From: Meyerozyma guilliermondii
Lineage: Eukaryota
DNA: 64,000 nucleotides
NCBI GenBank assembly: GCA_051546255.1
Contig: CP128820.1
Location: forward strand, 930,001-994,000
Reading direction: 5' to 3'
In this document: positions 40,401 to 49,810 of the stretch, piece after piece
How positions within the stretch are numbered: position 1 is the stretch's first letter
How the letters are laid out: each line of letters begins with the position of its first letter
The notes under the pieces: generated by a model
The model's input: only the letters and a program-made list of their open reading frames with translations
Databases searched by the model: none
Told to the model about the DNA's origin: nothing
Program-made: the position numbers and the translations under genes

Positions 40401-42578
40401 GAAACTGAACAGATAATGGAGCTCAAGGTTGAAATTGAAAACTTTGACCGAGCTGCTCGTCTGCTAATTTCCAAGCCTAGGGCCACTGTTCGAGACTTTG
40501 AAGATTTAATTGATTTAGGAATGTCTTTCGGGTTGGTGTTACCTTCACTTTCCTTATTGAAACGTTTGAAAGAGCGAATTGGTTGGATCGAGACATACGA
40601 AACTATTGTCAGTGGTGGTGACCCATTTGCTTCGAAAGTTGACCATTACACTCTTGAGCATCTAGTGGAGTTTGCTGCTTTGGGACTTAAAGTTCTCGGA
40701 AGCAACGATCGTCCAATGCTAGCAATGGTACACCAGATCATAAACTCCAGCAAGGAGTACTCAAATGGTGTGGCTAAAATTATCTCAGTTGAATATGCCG
40801 ACGAGGTTGACTTGCAGAAACTTGACTCGATCATCAATGATGTGGAAGCAAGATCACGAACTAAGAATGAAGAAAGACTTATTGCTAGTGCTGAAGTTTA
40901 CAAGCAATTGATTGAACTTCGAAATCACAGTAGCATGCTTGAAAAATTCAAAGAGGTGCTGAATGGCATGAAAGATGGCATTGCTTATCAGTATCAGCAA
41001 GCGAAACATATTCAAAAGCAGATTGAAGGTTCTGGCTTGAAGTTCAAGTGCACCATTATCGCAGACAGCTTGAGTCGGTGCGACGAGTGGATTTCGTCTC
41101 TATATCAATACCTCGAGAAGGTGGAATACCCTAGTGCCTTTCATCCGGAAACACCCAACGATGTTAACGTTAAATTGACACTCCATTCGGGACTCATTAA
41201 GACATGTTGCAAAATTCACGCCAAGTGCAAAATGAGCTTTGATATGGAATCTGACAACTACTTGAAGAGTTCGTCGTACCAATTCTTCCGTGGTGACGAC
41301 GAAGATAAAACAGGGGAAACTGCTGAACTTGATACTTCTCTTCCTGAGACTTCACTTCTAGAACCAAATGAACCCTCCAAACCTGCCATATATTGCTTGT
41401 GTCGAGAGGCTGAGTTTGGCGATATGATCGAATGTGACGCTTGTAAGGAATGGTACCACACAGGCTGTGTCAACGAAACCGATGAGATGGACGACGATTC
41501 CAAATATTTGTGTCCGATGTGTGCAGCGGTCGAAGGAATTCTGCAAAGCATTACCATCAAGCTGGCTAGAATGCTGGAACTTGAAGATTTTTTGAATACA
41601 GCAAATGGACTAAAAGCCGTTCCTCCCAACGAGCTTCGTTCACTTCAAGCTCTCGTTGACCTTACCAAGAACCTGAGAGAAACATTTGAACATTTCTTGA
41701 AAACCTCTGAAAAGTACGGAAAAAACGAAAGATTGGGTCGTCTTCGATTTATCTTGCGCAAGGTATATGGTGCTCCAGTATTTGCTGAGGATGTTTATGT
41801 GAAAGTGGTGGACGAAGTGAGGAAGTTACAGAGTGAGATCAGCCCTCAAGTAACCATTGCAACAGAGTCTAATACAAAGCAACATCTGGAAAAAGTCCAC
41901 TACGAGCTGAAGTCATTGGATAGCGAAGATAAGAATAATCTGGTTTCTTTGACAGATGCACTTCCAGCTCAAATACCACTGCAAAAAAGTATCGAACTAG
42001 ATGTTTCCGATACCCAGAATTTTTCATCTTTGAACACACCTTATTTGGCTGCTCTGGTCCCTAATTCAGGTTCTGAGTCGGTTGTATCTTCTCAGGTAAT
42101 GGGGACCGAGACGTCCAGTATGGGACATTCAAGTGGAGTTTTTGAGAAGAATACCGAAGGGTACTCGAATGGTAATTGGTCCGACTCGAATGAATTTGAG
42201 CCACCAACTTCAGAGCTGTCTAGTCTTAAGGTCGCAAATGTTGAGAGCCAGAACCAGGATCCGACTAGTCAAGATGTTGATCTTGGTAACATTACCGCCA
42301 ACAAAGAGATGAATATCGATGAGAAGTTACTCATTAAAGAATCTCACCTGAGCACGGAGAATGTCCAGGAAGCACAAAAGTGTGTAAAGTTGAACGGGAT
42401 AAACGCTCATGATTCGGATAATCTTGAAAGAAACCAAGAAAGCCAAAATACACTGAACAAGTCTCTTGACACAAATAATACCCAAGACACAATTCCAATC
42501 ACAACGGAAAATTCCATTGAGCAGAAAATGGTAGATGCATTGGCACCCGTCTTGGGCAAGGAGGCCAGATTAGAGTAA
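37443..42578 (+). CDS. ECM5: JmjN-ARID-JmjC-PLU1-PHD chromatin protein (Ecm5-like)
   Basis: GKQFGAIKV (JmjN), IDLYLLY..V..RGGF (ARID), NPWNL and QGPGEFII (JmjC), YCLCR...CDAC.EWYH..C (PHD). Fe-binding His residues are substituted. Confidence 0.82.
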   Translation: MTEAEPHPHKYISIPPQLAPRDPDGLLYGSVDSQLLDGQVAKSTPQIALSSSFANAIPTFILHEEDLGDPMNFVETHKEAGKQFGAIKVVVPNELRSKIGAPTTLSPDTIEFNTTQLRCTTMKQEIHKRVQFVNDLFTFYRGKEAEKSEPSTEKPKPDQIPEPLKVPEMPAEPAKETTSEPPEQAKKPLDQLEPLEPVKILDPLSEQMGSSQEPKLDFSAPDSSQLASAQEVKPEFSSATPASTNFAVSDLFTKLPTLVNRPIDLYLLYHCVIKRGGFQKVDLWSSIGFDMGYKPEEITKWKNELSSIYEKYLLPFEKSHFSSSNLHKRSFEETHSYLAGSSKTFKRFTRSKIAKGIPLNLPSYIKVSPTTDDEQKKILKNQLSASSQVKQAFGSITGDCVDDEVVLARSFIKGQPRNLQQLMVKDSKVQQNIIKNNQQTFLESLEISSQDFEALFWSTISQNSLEPLEIEVARQLSSFVHSPRFHRLTTHTNNDFTEKSTEKSMEAATNPWNLYNIACAPNSLLGILTDLDITTQDIYHPTTNVNMTFGFENWRCEDHFLQLCDYLHYGASKLWHFIPESEMDKFEDLLDTLNHNENVEISLKEPKLTADALEAILDPIASIADSTRYEHRSPPLENLIKKLPRKKSQRNQDYLVSPEQLKKHNIKYYTALQGPGEFIIKYPKVYSCNLSSGLNVGAEVNLATVSWLDYALVAEKWLSSQHIIPAFLLFKMLTNFANLYDNGNGKVNFDSHFFPVAENHLSNRVDTELENRELVRKMLNHPKEIVADERTSNINNWISDIDMSSAFPSKVVVTAVDLSLALTMSLQNFLDLGEQIMNNPELKAELHLYYTDDRLKAFCRSLSSYSIDYNEWMNSYREFFASSSEPNLRNIKALLAEGDKIKAAMSSSNSTLSQDGDAKKYFQALENLRNFVNRANDIVEECQIILNVKHQQRIRGGSNEDQDCEDYLSRLYLVLKLLPTLGFLSPETEQIMELKVEIENFDRAARLLISKPRATVRDFEDLIDLGMSFGLVLPSLSLLKRLKERIGWIETYETIVSGGDPFASKVDHYTLEHLVEFAALGLKVLGSNDRPMLAMVHQIINSSKEYSNGVAKIISVEYADEVDLQKLDSIINDVEARSRTKNEERLIASAEVYKQLIELRNHSSMLEKFKEVLNGMKDGIAYQYQQAKHIQKQIEGSGLKFKCTIIADSLSRCDEWISSLYQYLEKVEYPSAFHPETPNDVNVKLTLHSGLIKTCCKIHAKCKMSFDMESDNYLKSSSYQFFRGDDEDKTGETAELDTSLPETSLLEPNEPSKPAIYCLCREAEFGDMIECDACKEWYHTGCVNETDEMDDDSKYLCPMCAAVEGILQSITIKLARMLELEDFLNTANGLKAVPPNELRSLQALVDLTKNLRETFEHFLKTSEKYGKNERLGRLRFILRKVYGAPVFAEDVYVKVVDEVRKLQSEISPQVTIATESNTKQHLEKVHYELKSLDSEDKNNLVSLTDALPAQIPLQKSIELDVSDTQNFSSLNTPYLAALVPNSGSESVVSSQVMGTETSSMGHSSGVFEKNTEGYSNGNWSDSNEFEPPTSELSSLKVANVESQNQDPTSQDVDLGNITANKEMNIDEKLLIKESHLSTENVQEAQKCVKLNGINAHDSDNLERNQESQNTLNKSLDTNNTQDTIPITTENSIEQKMVDALAPVLGKEARLE

Positions 42579-42633
42579 ATCTTTAACTAGTAAACCAATT
42601 ATCTCATACTAGTATTGTCGAGTTTCGCAAAAT

Positions 42634-42720
42634 TCGCAGCCTTATTCGCAGCCTTATTCGCAGCCTTATTCGCAGCTTCTTTTTCGCAGCTTTCGCATTT
42701 TTCGCAGCCTTATTCGCAGC
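42634..42720. repeat. 12-bp tandem repeat TTCGCAGCCTTA with degenerate copies
   Basis: Three perfect units plus further TTCGCAGC copies upstream of the ATG at 42750. Confidence 0.85.
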
Positions 42721-42749
42721 TTTCCGCTTCTATCGCGTCGCGTACAAAC

Positions 42750-43835
42750 ATGATAGCCAGCTACGATGAACGCACCATAGACGATATCATGCTGCTGGCG
42801 TGGTCCAGGACAAATGGCAGAGACGTCGAGTACATGTTTGTTTCTCAGTTACCCCAGCTTTTGGATACAATCAAATCTATGGCTGGAATCAACCAACCAT
42901 TAATCACGAAAGAAGAGACCAACTTATTGACGACAATGATACGAGACAATCCCAGCTTGAAGCTATATAAAAGAGAATTGCCCCAGTTTCTATCGCGGTT
43001 GACTCGCAAAGGAAGCTTGAAGGAACTTTTTGAATCAAAAGTAGACAGGAAGACTCGTTTTAATTCCAACACTATTTCAGAGAAATGGGAACTTCCTAAC
43101 GTTCTTGGAGACCTCCCGAACTTGTTTGGAGGTCGAAATCGTTCGACAAAATTGGAGAGAAATTCATTAAATGATACCAATACCAGGGACTATCACCAAG
43201 ACACATATATATCACCTCCAAATTCATCACCTAACAAGAATGGAACTATCTCCAACCAGTTTGGATACGAATACGACAGCTACAACAAAAACGACACCTA
43301 CGCAAAAAATGACAAGTTTGGCGAAAAATACAAGTACAACGACAAGGGCTCAGCTCCTCTGAGCAGTGGGTTTGATCCGGTTTATGGCTCCACAATTCGA
43401 AAATTAGAGGCCCAATGTGAACAGTACCAAAAATCATACAAGGCACTCGAACATCTCTGCGAAGAGTATCAACAAGAGCTATACAAACGAGGATCCAATC
43501 CTAGACTATCTCCATCAAGAATCTCTCAAGTCATTCTGTACTTGCCAAGTGGAATAGTGGCTCCAATACGAAATTCGTTAGCAGCATCATTCAAATATGG
43601 TACCAGTCGTACTGCCACTGTTACCAGCATTGTGACTTTGATAGTAATATCCACCCTAGTGGTTAATGTCTTCAAAATCATTGTGTACGCAACTGTCCTA
43701 TTGCTACACACCAACGTTGACCCCACCACTTACATATACGACACCTACGATGCTGTCCCACTACGACCAGTATGGTGGAAGGAAGTAGAGTGGTTGGAGT
43801 ACTGGGTGTATACGCTTGAAGAATGGATGCAATAG
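42750..43835 (+). CDS. MPS2: Putative spindle-pole-body membrane protein Mps2-like
   Basis: N-terminal AW...LPQLL and KLYKREL blocks resemble Mps2; coiled coil; one C-terminal TM followed by WW. Adjacent to RPL7, as MPS2 and RPL7A are in S. cerevisiae. Confidence 0.6.
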   Translation: MIASYDERTIDDIMLLAWSRTNGRDVEYMFVSQLPQLLDTIKSMAGINQPLITKEETNLLTTMIRDNPSLKLYKRELPQFLSRLTRKGSLKELFESKVDRKTRFNSNTISEKWELPNVLGDLPNLFGGRNRSTKLERNSLNDTNTRDYHQDTYISPPNSSPNKNGTISNQFGYEYDSYNKNDTYAKNDKFGEKYKYNDKGSAPLSSGFDPVYGSTIRKLEAQCEQYQKSYKALEHLCEEYQQELYKRGSNPRLSPSRISQVILYLPSGIVAPIRNSLAASFKYGTSRTATVTSIVTLIVISTLVVNVFKIIVYATVLLLHTNVDPTTYIYDTYDAVPLRPVWWKEVEWLEYWVYTLEEWMQ

Positions 43836-43898
43836 TACAAGGGTACAAGAAGTACAATAGTTCAATAGTTCAATAGAAAGTACAAGGTTTATTAATAC

Positions 43899-45091
43899 TT
43901 AGTTCATCTTCTTCACCAACGAGTTGATGTTCTCCTCTCTGTTACCGTAATCACCACCTTGGATAAAGTGGTTGAACTTTCTAGCTCTGAAACCACCGTT
44001 AGGGTTGGACAAGTGGAATGGCCACAAGAAGTTGTTGGCTTGCTTGAAGTTAGGACCAACAGTGTAAATCTCGTGGATCAAGTCCTCAATGGACAAAATA
44101 CCGTATTTACCCAAGTTGGCCTCGATGATGGAGTTCTCAGACAAAGGAATTCTTTGCTTGTTAATCTTACCGTAACCTCTCTTGTAGATCAATTTTCTGA
44201 TGGTAGCCAAGTTGGGGTAACCGTAGGCAATGTATGGCTCAACCAACTTGATCAATTCAGAAGTAGCCTTGGTGATTCTAACAAACACACCAGCGTTAAT
44301 TTGAGTCAATCTCAACAATTGCAAAACCTTTCTTGGCTTAGGAGCAATCTTGGAGATACCCTTGATTCTGACGATGAAAACCAACTTGGGTTGGGCCTCA
44401 ACGTAGTAAGAACCGTTAGCCTTGGCCTCACGCTTAGCGTCAATGACAGCACGCTCAGCTTCAGCGTATTCCTTAACGTACTTGGCGGTTCTGTCAAAGA
44501 TGATTTGTCTCTTCTCCTTGTTGGCCTGTTGGTTAGTATTTAGTTTTCTTCTCGATTCTCAGTCCCGAAAGATGGTTAATTGAATGACAACATCGCCGTG
44601 GCTAGTCATATCGTTGGTTGTGTATCATCTTCAAAAGGAGCCGAAAAATAAAATACTTACAGCTTTACGGGCAGCCTTTTTGGTAGCACGCTGCTCGGCG
44701 GTCTTCTCGTAAGCCTTGGACTTCTTGACTTGGGTTTCTGGTTTCAAAGTACTGGAGTTAGTAGGAATACATGGAAAATAGCCATGTGAAAAATTGCCAT
44801 TTCCTCGAGAAAAAGCGATGCTACACCAGCCGGAAAGGCGGTGTTGACACTAGAACTGAACAGCCAAATTCATTCCAGGTCACATCCACTTTGAATCTCT
44901 TAACTCAGAGGAAAACAGATCTATCAGGCATCGGCAACGGAGGGTTGTGAATATCATTCGGCTGCAAGATAATCTAGAATTCCCTTGGTCGTAATAAAAA
45001 CAGAACAAATGAATTCGTGGGCTCCCATTACCGGTTCCTGTGGCAATAATGCACATGGAAAACGGTTTTTTGTTGGTACATACGTAGCCAT
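43899..45091 (-). CDS. RPL7: 60S ribosomal protein L7 (uL30); exons 45091-45084, 44751-44661 and 44525-43899
   Basis: Intron 1 GTATGT...TACTAAC-TCCAG; intron 2 GTAAGT...TACTAAC-CAACAG. The spliced frame is open for 241 aa ([13 protein letters not shown]...NNFLWPF...GNRE). Confidence 0.96.
44555..44638 (-). ncRNA. Intronic box C/D snoRNA of the snR39/snR39B family
   Basis: Guide ACCATCTTTCGGG, one A, then D box CTGA; complementary to conserved LSU rRNA CCCGAAAGAUGGU. C-like box TTGAAGA at 44634-44628. Ends are approximate. Confidence 0.8.
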
Positions 45092-45119
45092 GATGTGTAT
45101 ATGAAAACTAAGTTCGCAG

Positions 45120-45187
45120 TGAAAATTTCTGGGTGAAAAAAGGGTTACACAAAAACAGCGATGAGAAAAAACGGAGCTAGTCACGTG
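45120..45187. promoter_or_regulatory. RPL7 promoter elements: RRPE-like TGAAAATTT, Tbf1-like AGGGTTA and Cbf1 GTCACGTG
   Basis: Motifs at 45120, 45141 and 45180. Confidence 0.5.
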
Positions 45188-45692
45188 GATGTTACGAGGG
45201 CGCAGCCCGCACAACGTTCTTATCTTGAGGTACGACCCTGCAGAACCGTGGGGTGGAAATTCTAACATGTAGCAAAGTAGCTAACACTCCTTATACAGCC
45301 GCGGCCCTGATATGGTTATACGAAACATTCCAAATCTGAGTTACCACCGATCTTTCGTTATCTGACGCAATACAGTATTTTCCCCAGAATGTTACTTCCT
45401 TAAGTTTTCAACTTCGCGTCCCAAAGTTCCAATTTATTAGACTAATTATGAAAGGTTTGTCGATATCGATTAACTAATTTGCTTGAACATCCCTGTAAAC
45501 GCTCACAATGATTATTGTTCCCGGTATTGACCAAGTATCAATGGCTGCAAAAAAGAAAACTTAAAGCAGAAAAAAGGACATCCTTTAATAAGTGATCAAA
45601 TACAGGTTTTGGCACAAGTATGAACAGAAAAGTTCATCTTGGACTAGTCAAGATACTACCTATACTATGCCACCAGCTTGTCTTCATAATCT

Positions 45693-46106
45693 TCAGACCT
45701 TAAGGTTGAGACCTCTTATAAGTGCCATAGGGGTTATCTTGCCCACAATTTCCACACCAGCTCCAAGCGATAGCTCTTTATCCACATAGAAGTCCACGGC
45801 ATCTAGAATCAAATTCTTAATTTTGGTGTCATCATCCATGACTGTACTGTCTAGAATATCCACTTGCAGCACCAATAAGTCAGACCCATTATTATCAACA
45901 AAGATGTAAATAGTTCCCAATATTTGATACTGGTAAAACATGTTGTTGTTGACTGAATCAGGTAATCTGAACTCCCTGGGAGTAAAGCTCGATGAGTTCA
46001 ATTCTCTAATTTTGGGTTTGTCTATTTTAACTATCTGATGGTCGTTTTTGCCAGTATGATCACTAATCACTTTAGCAGAACCAACATATTCATCGTGGAA
46101 AGACAT
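45693..46106 (-). CDS. Hypothetical 137-aa protein
   Basis: Stand-alone ORF in otherwise unoccupied sequence, ATG at 46106; no family recognised. Confidence 0.5.
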   Translation of the reverse strand: MSFHDEYVGSAKVISDHTGKNDHQIVKIDKPKIRELNSSSFTPREFRLPDSVNNNMFYQYQILGTIYIFVDNNGSDLLVLQVDILDSTVMDDDTKIKNLILDAVDFYVDKELSLGAGVEIVGKITPMALIRGLNLKV

Positions 46107-46173
46107 TTCCAATTAAGAAGTCTAAAACTGAATTATTGACTGGTTGTGTTTCATGCAGTCTCTTGCCGAGATG

Positions 46174-46397
46174 CTTATCTTCGCACAGAAATTCGATAGA
46201 TGAGAAATTTGACAGATGAGAAATTTAAAAGATGTGCTAAGCTGCCTATATAGTTTCAGCAACTCCAGCCGAGCGTACACTATGCATGTGTATGATAGAA
46301 ATTGAGCTAAACTTCCAGCAAACATAAGATAAGCAATCTAGCCTTCTGTTTCAGGATGTGCCGAAGGGTATTATGCAGGGACATTTTTCACGATAAG
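46174..46397. promoter_or_regulatory. Three GATAAG elements upstream of the permease
   Basis: CTTATC at 46174, GATAAG at 46328 and 46392; typical of nitrogen-catabolite-regulated genes. Confidence 0.5.
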
Positions 46398-46474
46398 GTG
46401 CGGCTCCAGGGAGGTGCGGCTGTGGTCGACACTTATAATTAACCCCTGTATCAGAAAGAGCAATTGTCTTGCTG

Positions 46475-48145
46475 ATGAGTCGCTTATCGCCAGTTCTCTC
46501 TGGAGAACAGATTCTTCATGAGGTAGCCTCCAATAAACTCTACTATAACAATACTCAGAACGTCGAGCAGCCAACCATCAATGCTGCGTTAGCACAGTCT
46601 GACGACCAACTTTTAGCAGAGATCGGATACAAGCCTGAATTGAAAAGACAATTCTCGACCTTACAGGTATTTGGAGTGGCATTTTCCATTATGGGATTAC
46701 TTCCTTCTATATCTTCTGTTTTATCGTCAGCATTGACGGCTGGGCCAGCCGGTGCTCTCTGGGGTTGGTTTGTGTCTTCATTTTTCATTTTTTTGATCGG
46801 GGTGTCGATGGCTGAAAACGGAAGCTCGGCACCTACTTCTGGTGGGCTTTACTACTGGACAAACTACTATGCACCTCCCAAATTGAAAACGGTGATTTCA
46901 TATGTCGTTGGTAATACCAACAGTATAGCACTTGTGGGTGCACTTTGTAGTGTTGACTATGGTTTTGCTCAAGAAATCTTGTCGATTGTGGTGACCTCCA
47001 AGGATGGAGACTTTGATATTACTCCAGGAAAAACATATGGAATTTTCGTGGGTTGCGTCTTTCTCCATATTCTCATTACTTGTGCATCGTCCAAAAAATG
47101 TGCCAATCTTCAAACCACCTCCATCATTGTCAATTTGGGCTTGATTGTCCTCTTTGTCATAGCTATGCCCATTGGAGCCCGTTCCAATCTCAAATCGGGA
47201 AAATTTATTTTCACCCAGTTCAACAACTTTCTGAACTGGCCCATAGGCTGGACTCAGTTGAGCACCGCATGGCTTCCTGCTATTTGGACAATTGGAGCAT
47301 TTGACAGTTGCGTGCACATGTCTGAAGAAGCCAAGAATGCAAAAAGATCAATTCCCATTGGTATTCTTGGCTCAATTGGTGCTTGCTGGAGTTTGGGAAC
47401 TCTCATCATTATCATCACACTCGCTTGTATTCAAACAGACGACATTGAGGGCCACATTCTCGGGTCCAAGTTTGGTCAGCCCATGGCTCAAATTATCTTT
47501 GATGCTCTTGGCAAAAAGTGGGCCATGGCATTCATGACTCTTATTGCATTTGCTCAGTTCATGATGGGAGCGTCAATCTTGACTGCAATTTCTCGTCAGA
47601 TCTGGGCTTTTGCAAGAGATAATGGACTTCCGTTTTCTTTCTGGATCAAGAAAGTCAATACAAAGTTGTTTGTGCCCATCAATGCTGTGTGGTTTGGCGG
47701 ATTAGCAGCCATTGTCATAGGCCTTCTTTGTCTCATTGGAACCACGGCTGCAAATGCTCTTTTCACTTTGTACATTGCAGGCAACTATTTTGCCTGGGGA
47801 ACTCCTACCTTGTTGAGATTGACCAGCGGAAAGCACAAATTTAAGCCAGGACCTTTTTACTTGGGTCCAATATTTTCGCCCATCGTAGGTTGGACATCGA
47901 CAATTTTCATCATGTACACAATTGTCATGGTGATGTTCCCATCCAACCGTGGTCCCGATAAGGATACCATGAACTATACTTGTGTGATTACTCCCAGTGT
48001 CTGGCTTCTTTCGCTTCTTTACTACAAGATTTACGCTCATAAAATATACCATGGACCTCAAAAAACCGTCGATGTGCCGGTGGATATCGAGATTATCAAT
48101 GGTATAGATGAGGAAATCGACGAGGATGTTAGTGATAAGGCATAA
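46475..48145 (+). CDS. Amino acid/choline transporter family permease (Uga4 GABA permease-like)
   Basis: LAEIGYKPELKRQFS, FSIMGLLPS, PTSGGLYYW, FDSCVHMSEEA, AFARDNGLP and GPFYLG motifs. ATG at 46475. Confidence 0.9.
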   Translation: MSRLSPVLSGEQILHEVASNKLYYNNTQNVEQPTINAALAQSDDQLLAEIGYKPELKRQFSTLQVFGVAFSIMGLLPSISSVLSSALTAGPAGALWGWFVSSFFIFLIGVSMAENGSSAPTSGGLYYWTNYYAPPKLKTVISYVVGNTNSIALVGALCSVDYGFAQEILSIVVTSKDGDFDITPGKTYGIFVGCVFLHILITCASSKKCANLQTTSIIVNLGLIVLFVIAMPIGARSNLKSGKFIFTQFNNFLNWPIGWTQLSTAWLPAIWTIGAFDSCVHMSEEAKNAKRSIPIGILGSIGACWSLGTLIIIITLACIQTDDIEGHILGSKFGQPMAQIIFDALGKKWAMAFMTLIAFAQFMMGASILTAISRQIWAFARDNGLPFSFWIKKVNTKLFVPINAVWFGGLAAIVIGLLCLIGTTAANALFTLYIAGNYFAWGTPTLLRLTSGKHKFKPGPFYLGPIFSPIVGWTSTIFIMYTIVMVMFPSNRGPDKDTMNYTCVITPSVWLLSLLYYKIYAHKIYHGPQKTVDVPVDIEIINGIDEEIDEDVSDKA

Positions 48146-48157
48146 TAATGTATTTCA

Positions 48158-49810
48158 TTACTGAAAGTTGTAGTTTCCACTGACCCATCTGTTGACCATT
48201 TCCAACGCATTGTATGGTTGGTCGTGAGGAACCATGTGGCCGGCATCATAAACTCTCAAAAACGTAAAAATTCCGTGGTTCTTGACTTCACCAGCTTGCT
48301 CTCCTTGGTTGTTGACCCATGGAACCAATGGAGCACTGCTGAATGCCTCGTGCTCAGAATAGTCCAAAGCGTCGGACCAGTAGTGGTTTCCTAACCAGTT
48401 GCAAATGATGTCCTTGTCACCTGCGTAAAGCAACACAGGAACCCCCTTTTCGAGAAGCTCAGCGACATACTGCTGGAATGGCTTGGCTTCGTCACCAGAA
48501 AGAATGAAGTTGTTGAACACAGTGTCGTCGCAACTGGTGAATAAATCAACCTTGGATCCAACCGCCTTCTTAACTTCGTCAAGGTTCAAGTAGTCGTCGA
48601 GCCAGGACATTTCCACGTAACAGAGCCCTCCGTCGTCGTCGCATTGTCTTCTAATATCGTAAGGGTTCAAGCCGAGGTCCATGAAGGGCTCCATCAACTT
48701 GTTACAGTACACGGTTGGAGGGACACAAGTGAGAGCTGAAGGAGCATTGTAGCACAATTTTGTCAAAGCAGCACATCTCTTGTAGATTCCATCCATCAGG
48801 TCACAAGTTTCGTCGGAGAGAACTTGCTTGTAGCCACCTTCGCCACAACCCATTGGCTTGTAAGAAGCATGTTGAATCAATGCGTCGGTGATACCATTTC
48901 CAATCAAGACGGAAGACAATTCGAAAGTTCTGTCGGCCCTGTTGACAATTTCGCTGGCAAAGCTGGGGATATAGTGACCGGCGTAAGACTCACCCGAGAT
49001 GTGGAATTTGTTGTTCAAGAATTGAGGAAACTTTTGGAAGAACAATTCCAAGAACACAAACACATCCTTGGCAGCTGCAGCGGTGTTGGTGATTTGTTCT
49101 CCGTTAGAGTATGAATAACCAACGCCTACGGGCTGGTCCAAAAAGATGACCGATGCATTTGTGTTCCACGAGTAAGGGTTGTAGACTGGTTTTAACTTGG
49201 AGTCAATAAAGGAAGGTCCCAACTCAAAGAGAAGACCGGTGGAAGAAGAGCATCCGGGACCTCCGTTCAACCACAAGATAATTGGGTCGTTTTCGGGGTC
49301 GTTTCTGGACTCGAAAAACCAGTAAAAGAAGTGCTTATCCAAAGCATCAACGTCAAGATAACCGGTGTGTTGCTTGACGGTGTCCAAACCCAAAGATTCC
49401 GGCTTAGTCTTGGCAATTGACAAGCTGTAACCTTCGAATTTCTGCGATGTGACGGTTTCGTACTGGTCATCGTTTTGTGTTGCAACCACCTTATTGTTCA
49501 TTTGGTCCTGGTTCACGTGGAATTTGCTCTGGTACCGACGGAGGTACTCAAGCTGTTTTGATGGAGACATCTTGGCCAATTCTTTCCAAGCCGAACGAAG
49601 GAGATGGCGATCCTGTTCCGGAGCCTTGGCCATTTCCGATTCCAAATTGCGAAGATAGCTCAAGAACTCGGAACTTTTTTCTGCCAAAGAATCCATATTG
49701 AAAGAGTCATGGCCCAATTGCACTACATTTTCATCAAAGAACCCAAATCCGGGCACCTTAAAGGCCAGGGTCACGGCAAAAAGCGTCAACAACGAGGCAG
49801 AAAACTTCAT
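48158..49810 (-). CDS. Serine carboxypeptidase Y family (Prc1/Atg42-like)
   Basis: Signal and propeptide; WFFESRNDP, WLNGGPGCSS, GESYAG, GDKD.ICN and AGHMVP motifs. Confidence 0.95.
   Translation of the reverse strand: MKFSASLLTLFAVTLAFKVPGFGFFDENVVQLGHDSFNMDSLAEKSSEFLSYLRNLESEMAKAPEQDRHLLRSAWKELAKMSPSKQLEYLRRYQSKFHVNQDQMNNKVVATQNDDQYETVTSQKFEGYSLSIAKTKPESLGLDTVKQHTGYLDVDALDKHFFYWFFESRNDPENDPIILWLNGGPGCSSSTGLLFELGPSFIDSKLKPVYNPYSWNTNASVIFLDQPVGVGYSYSNGEQITNTAAAAKDVFVFLELFFQKFPQFLNNKFHISGESYAGHYIPSFASEIVNRADRTFELSSVLIGNGITDALIQHASYKPMGCGEGGYKQVLSDETCDLMDGIYKRCAALTKLCYNAPSALTCVPPTVYCNKLMEPFMDLGLNPYDIRRQCDDDGGLCYVEMSWLDDYLNLDEVKKAVGSKVDLFTSCDDTVFNNFILSGDEAKPFQQYVAELLEKGVPVLLYAGDKDIICNWLGNHYWSDALDYSEHEAFSSAPLVPWVNNQGEQAGEVKNHGIFTFLRVYDAGHMVPHDQPYNALEMVNRWVSGNYNFQ

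Noticed and set aside
42615..42749. Apparent signal-peptide-like N-terminal extension (FAALFAALF)
   Set aside because: Starts at TTG and is the translation of the 12-bp promoter repeat; the first ATG is at 42750.
43959..44543. 194-aa antisense ORF over RPL7, and the truncated 161-aa RPL7 call in the track
   Set aside because: Codon-bias shadow; the real gene is the three-exon spliced model.
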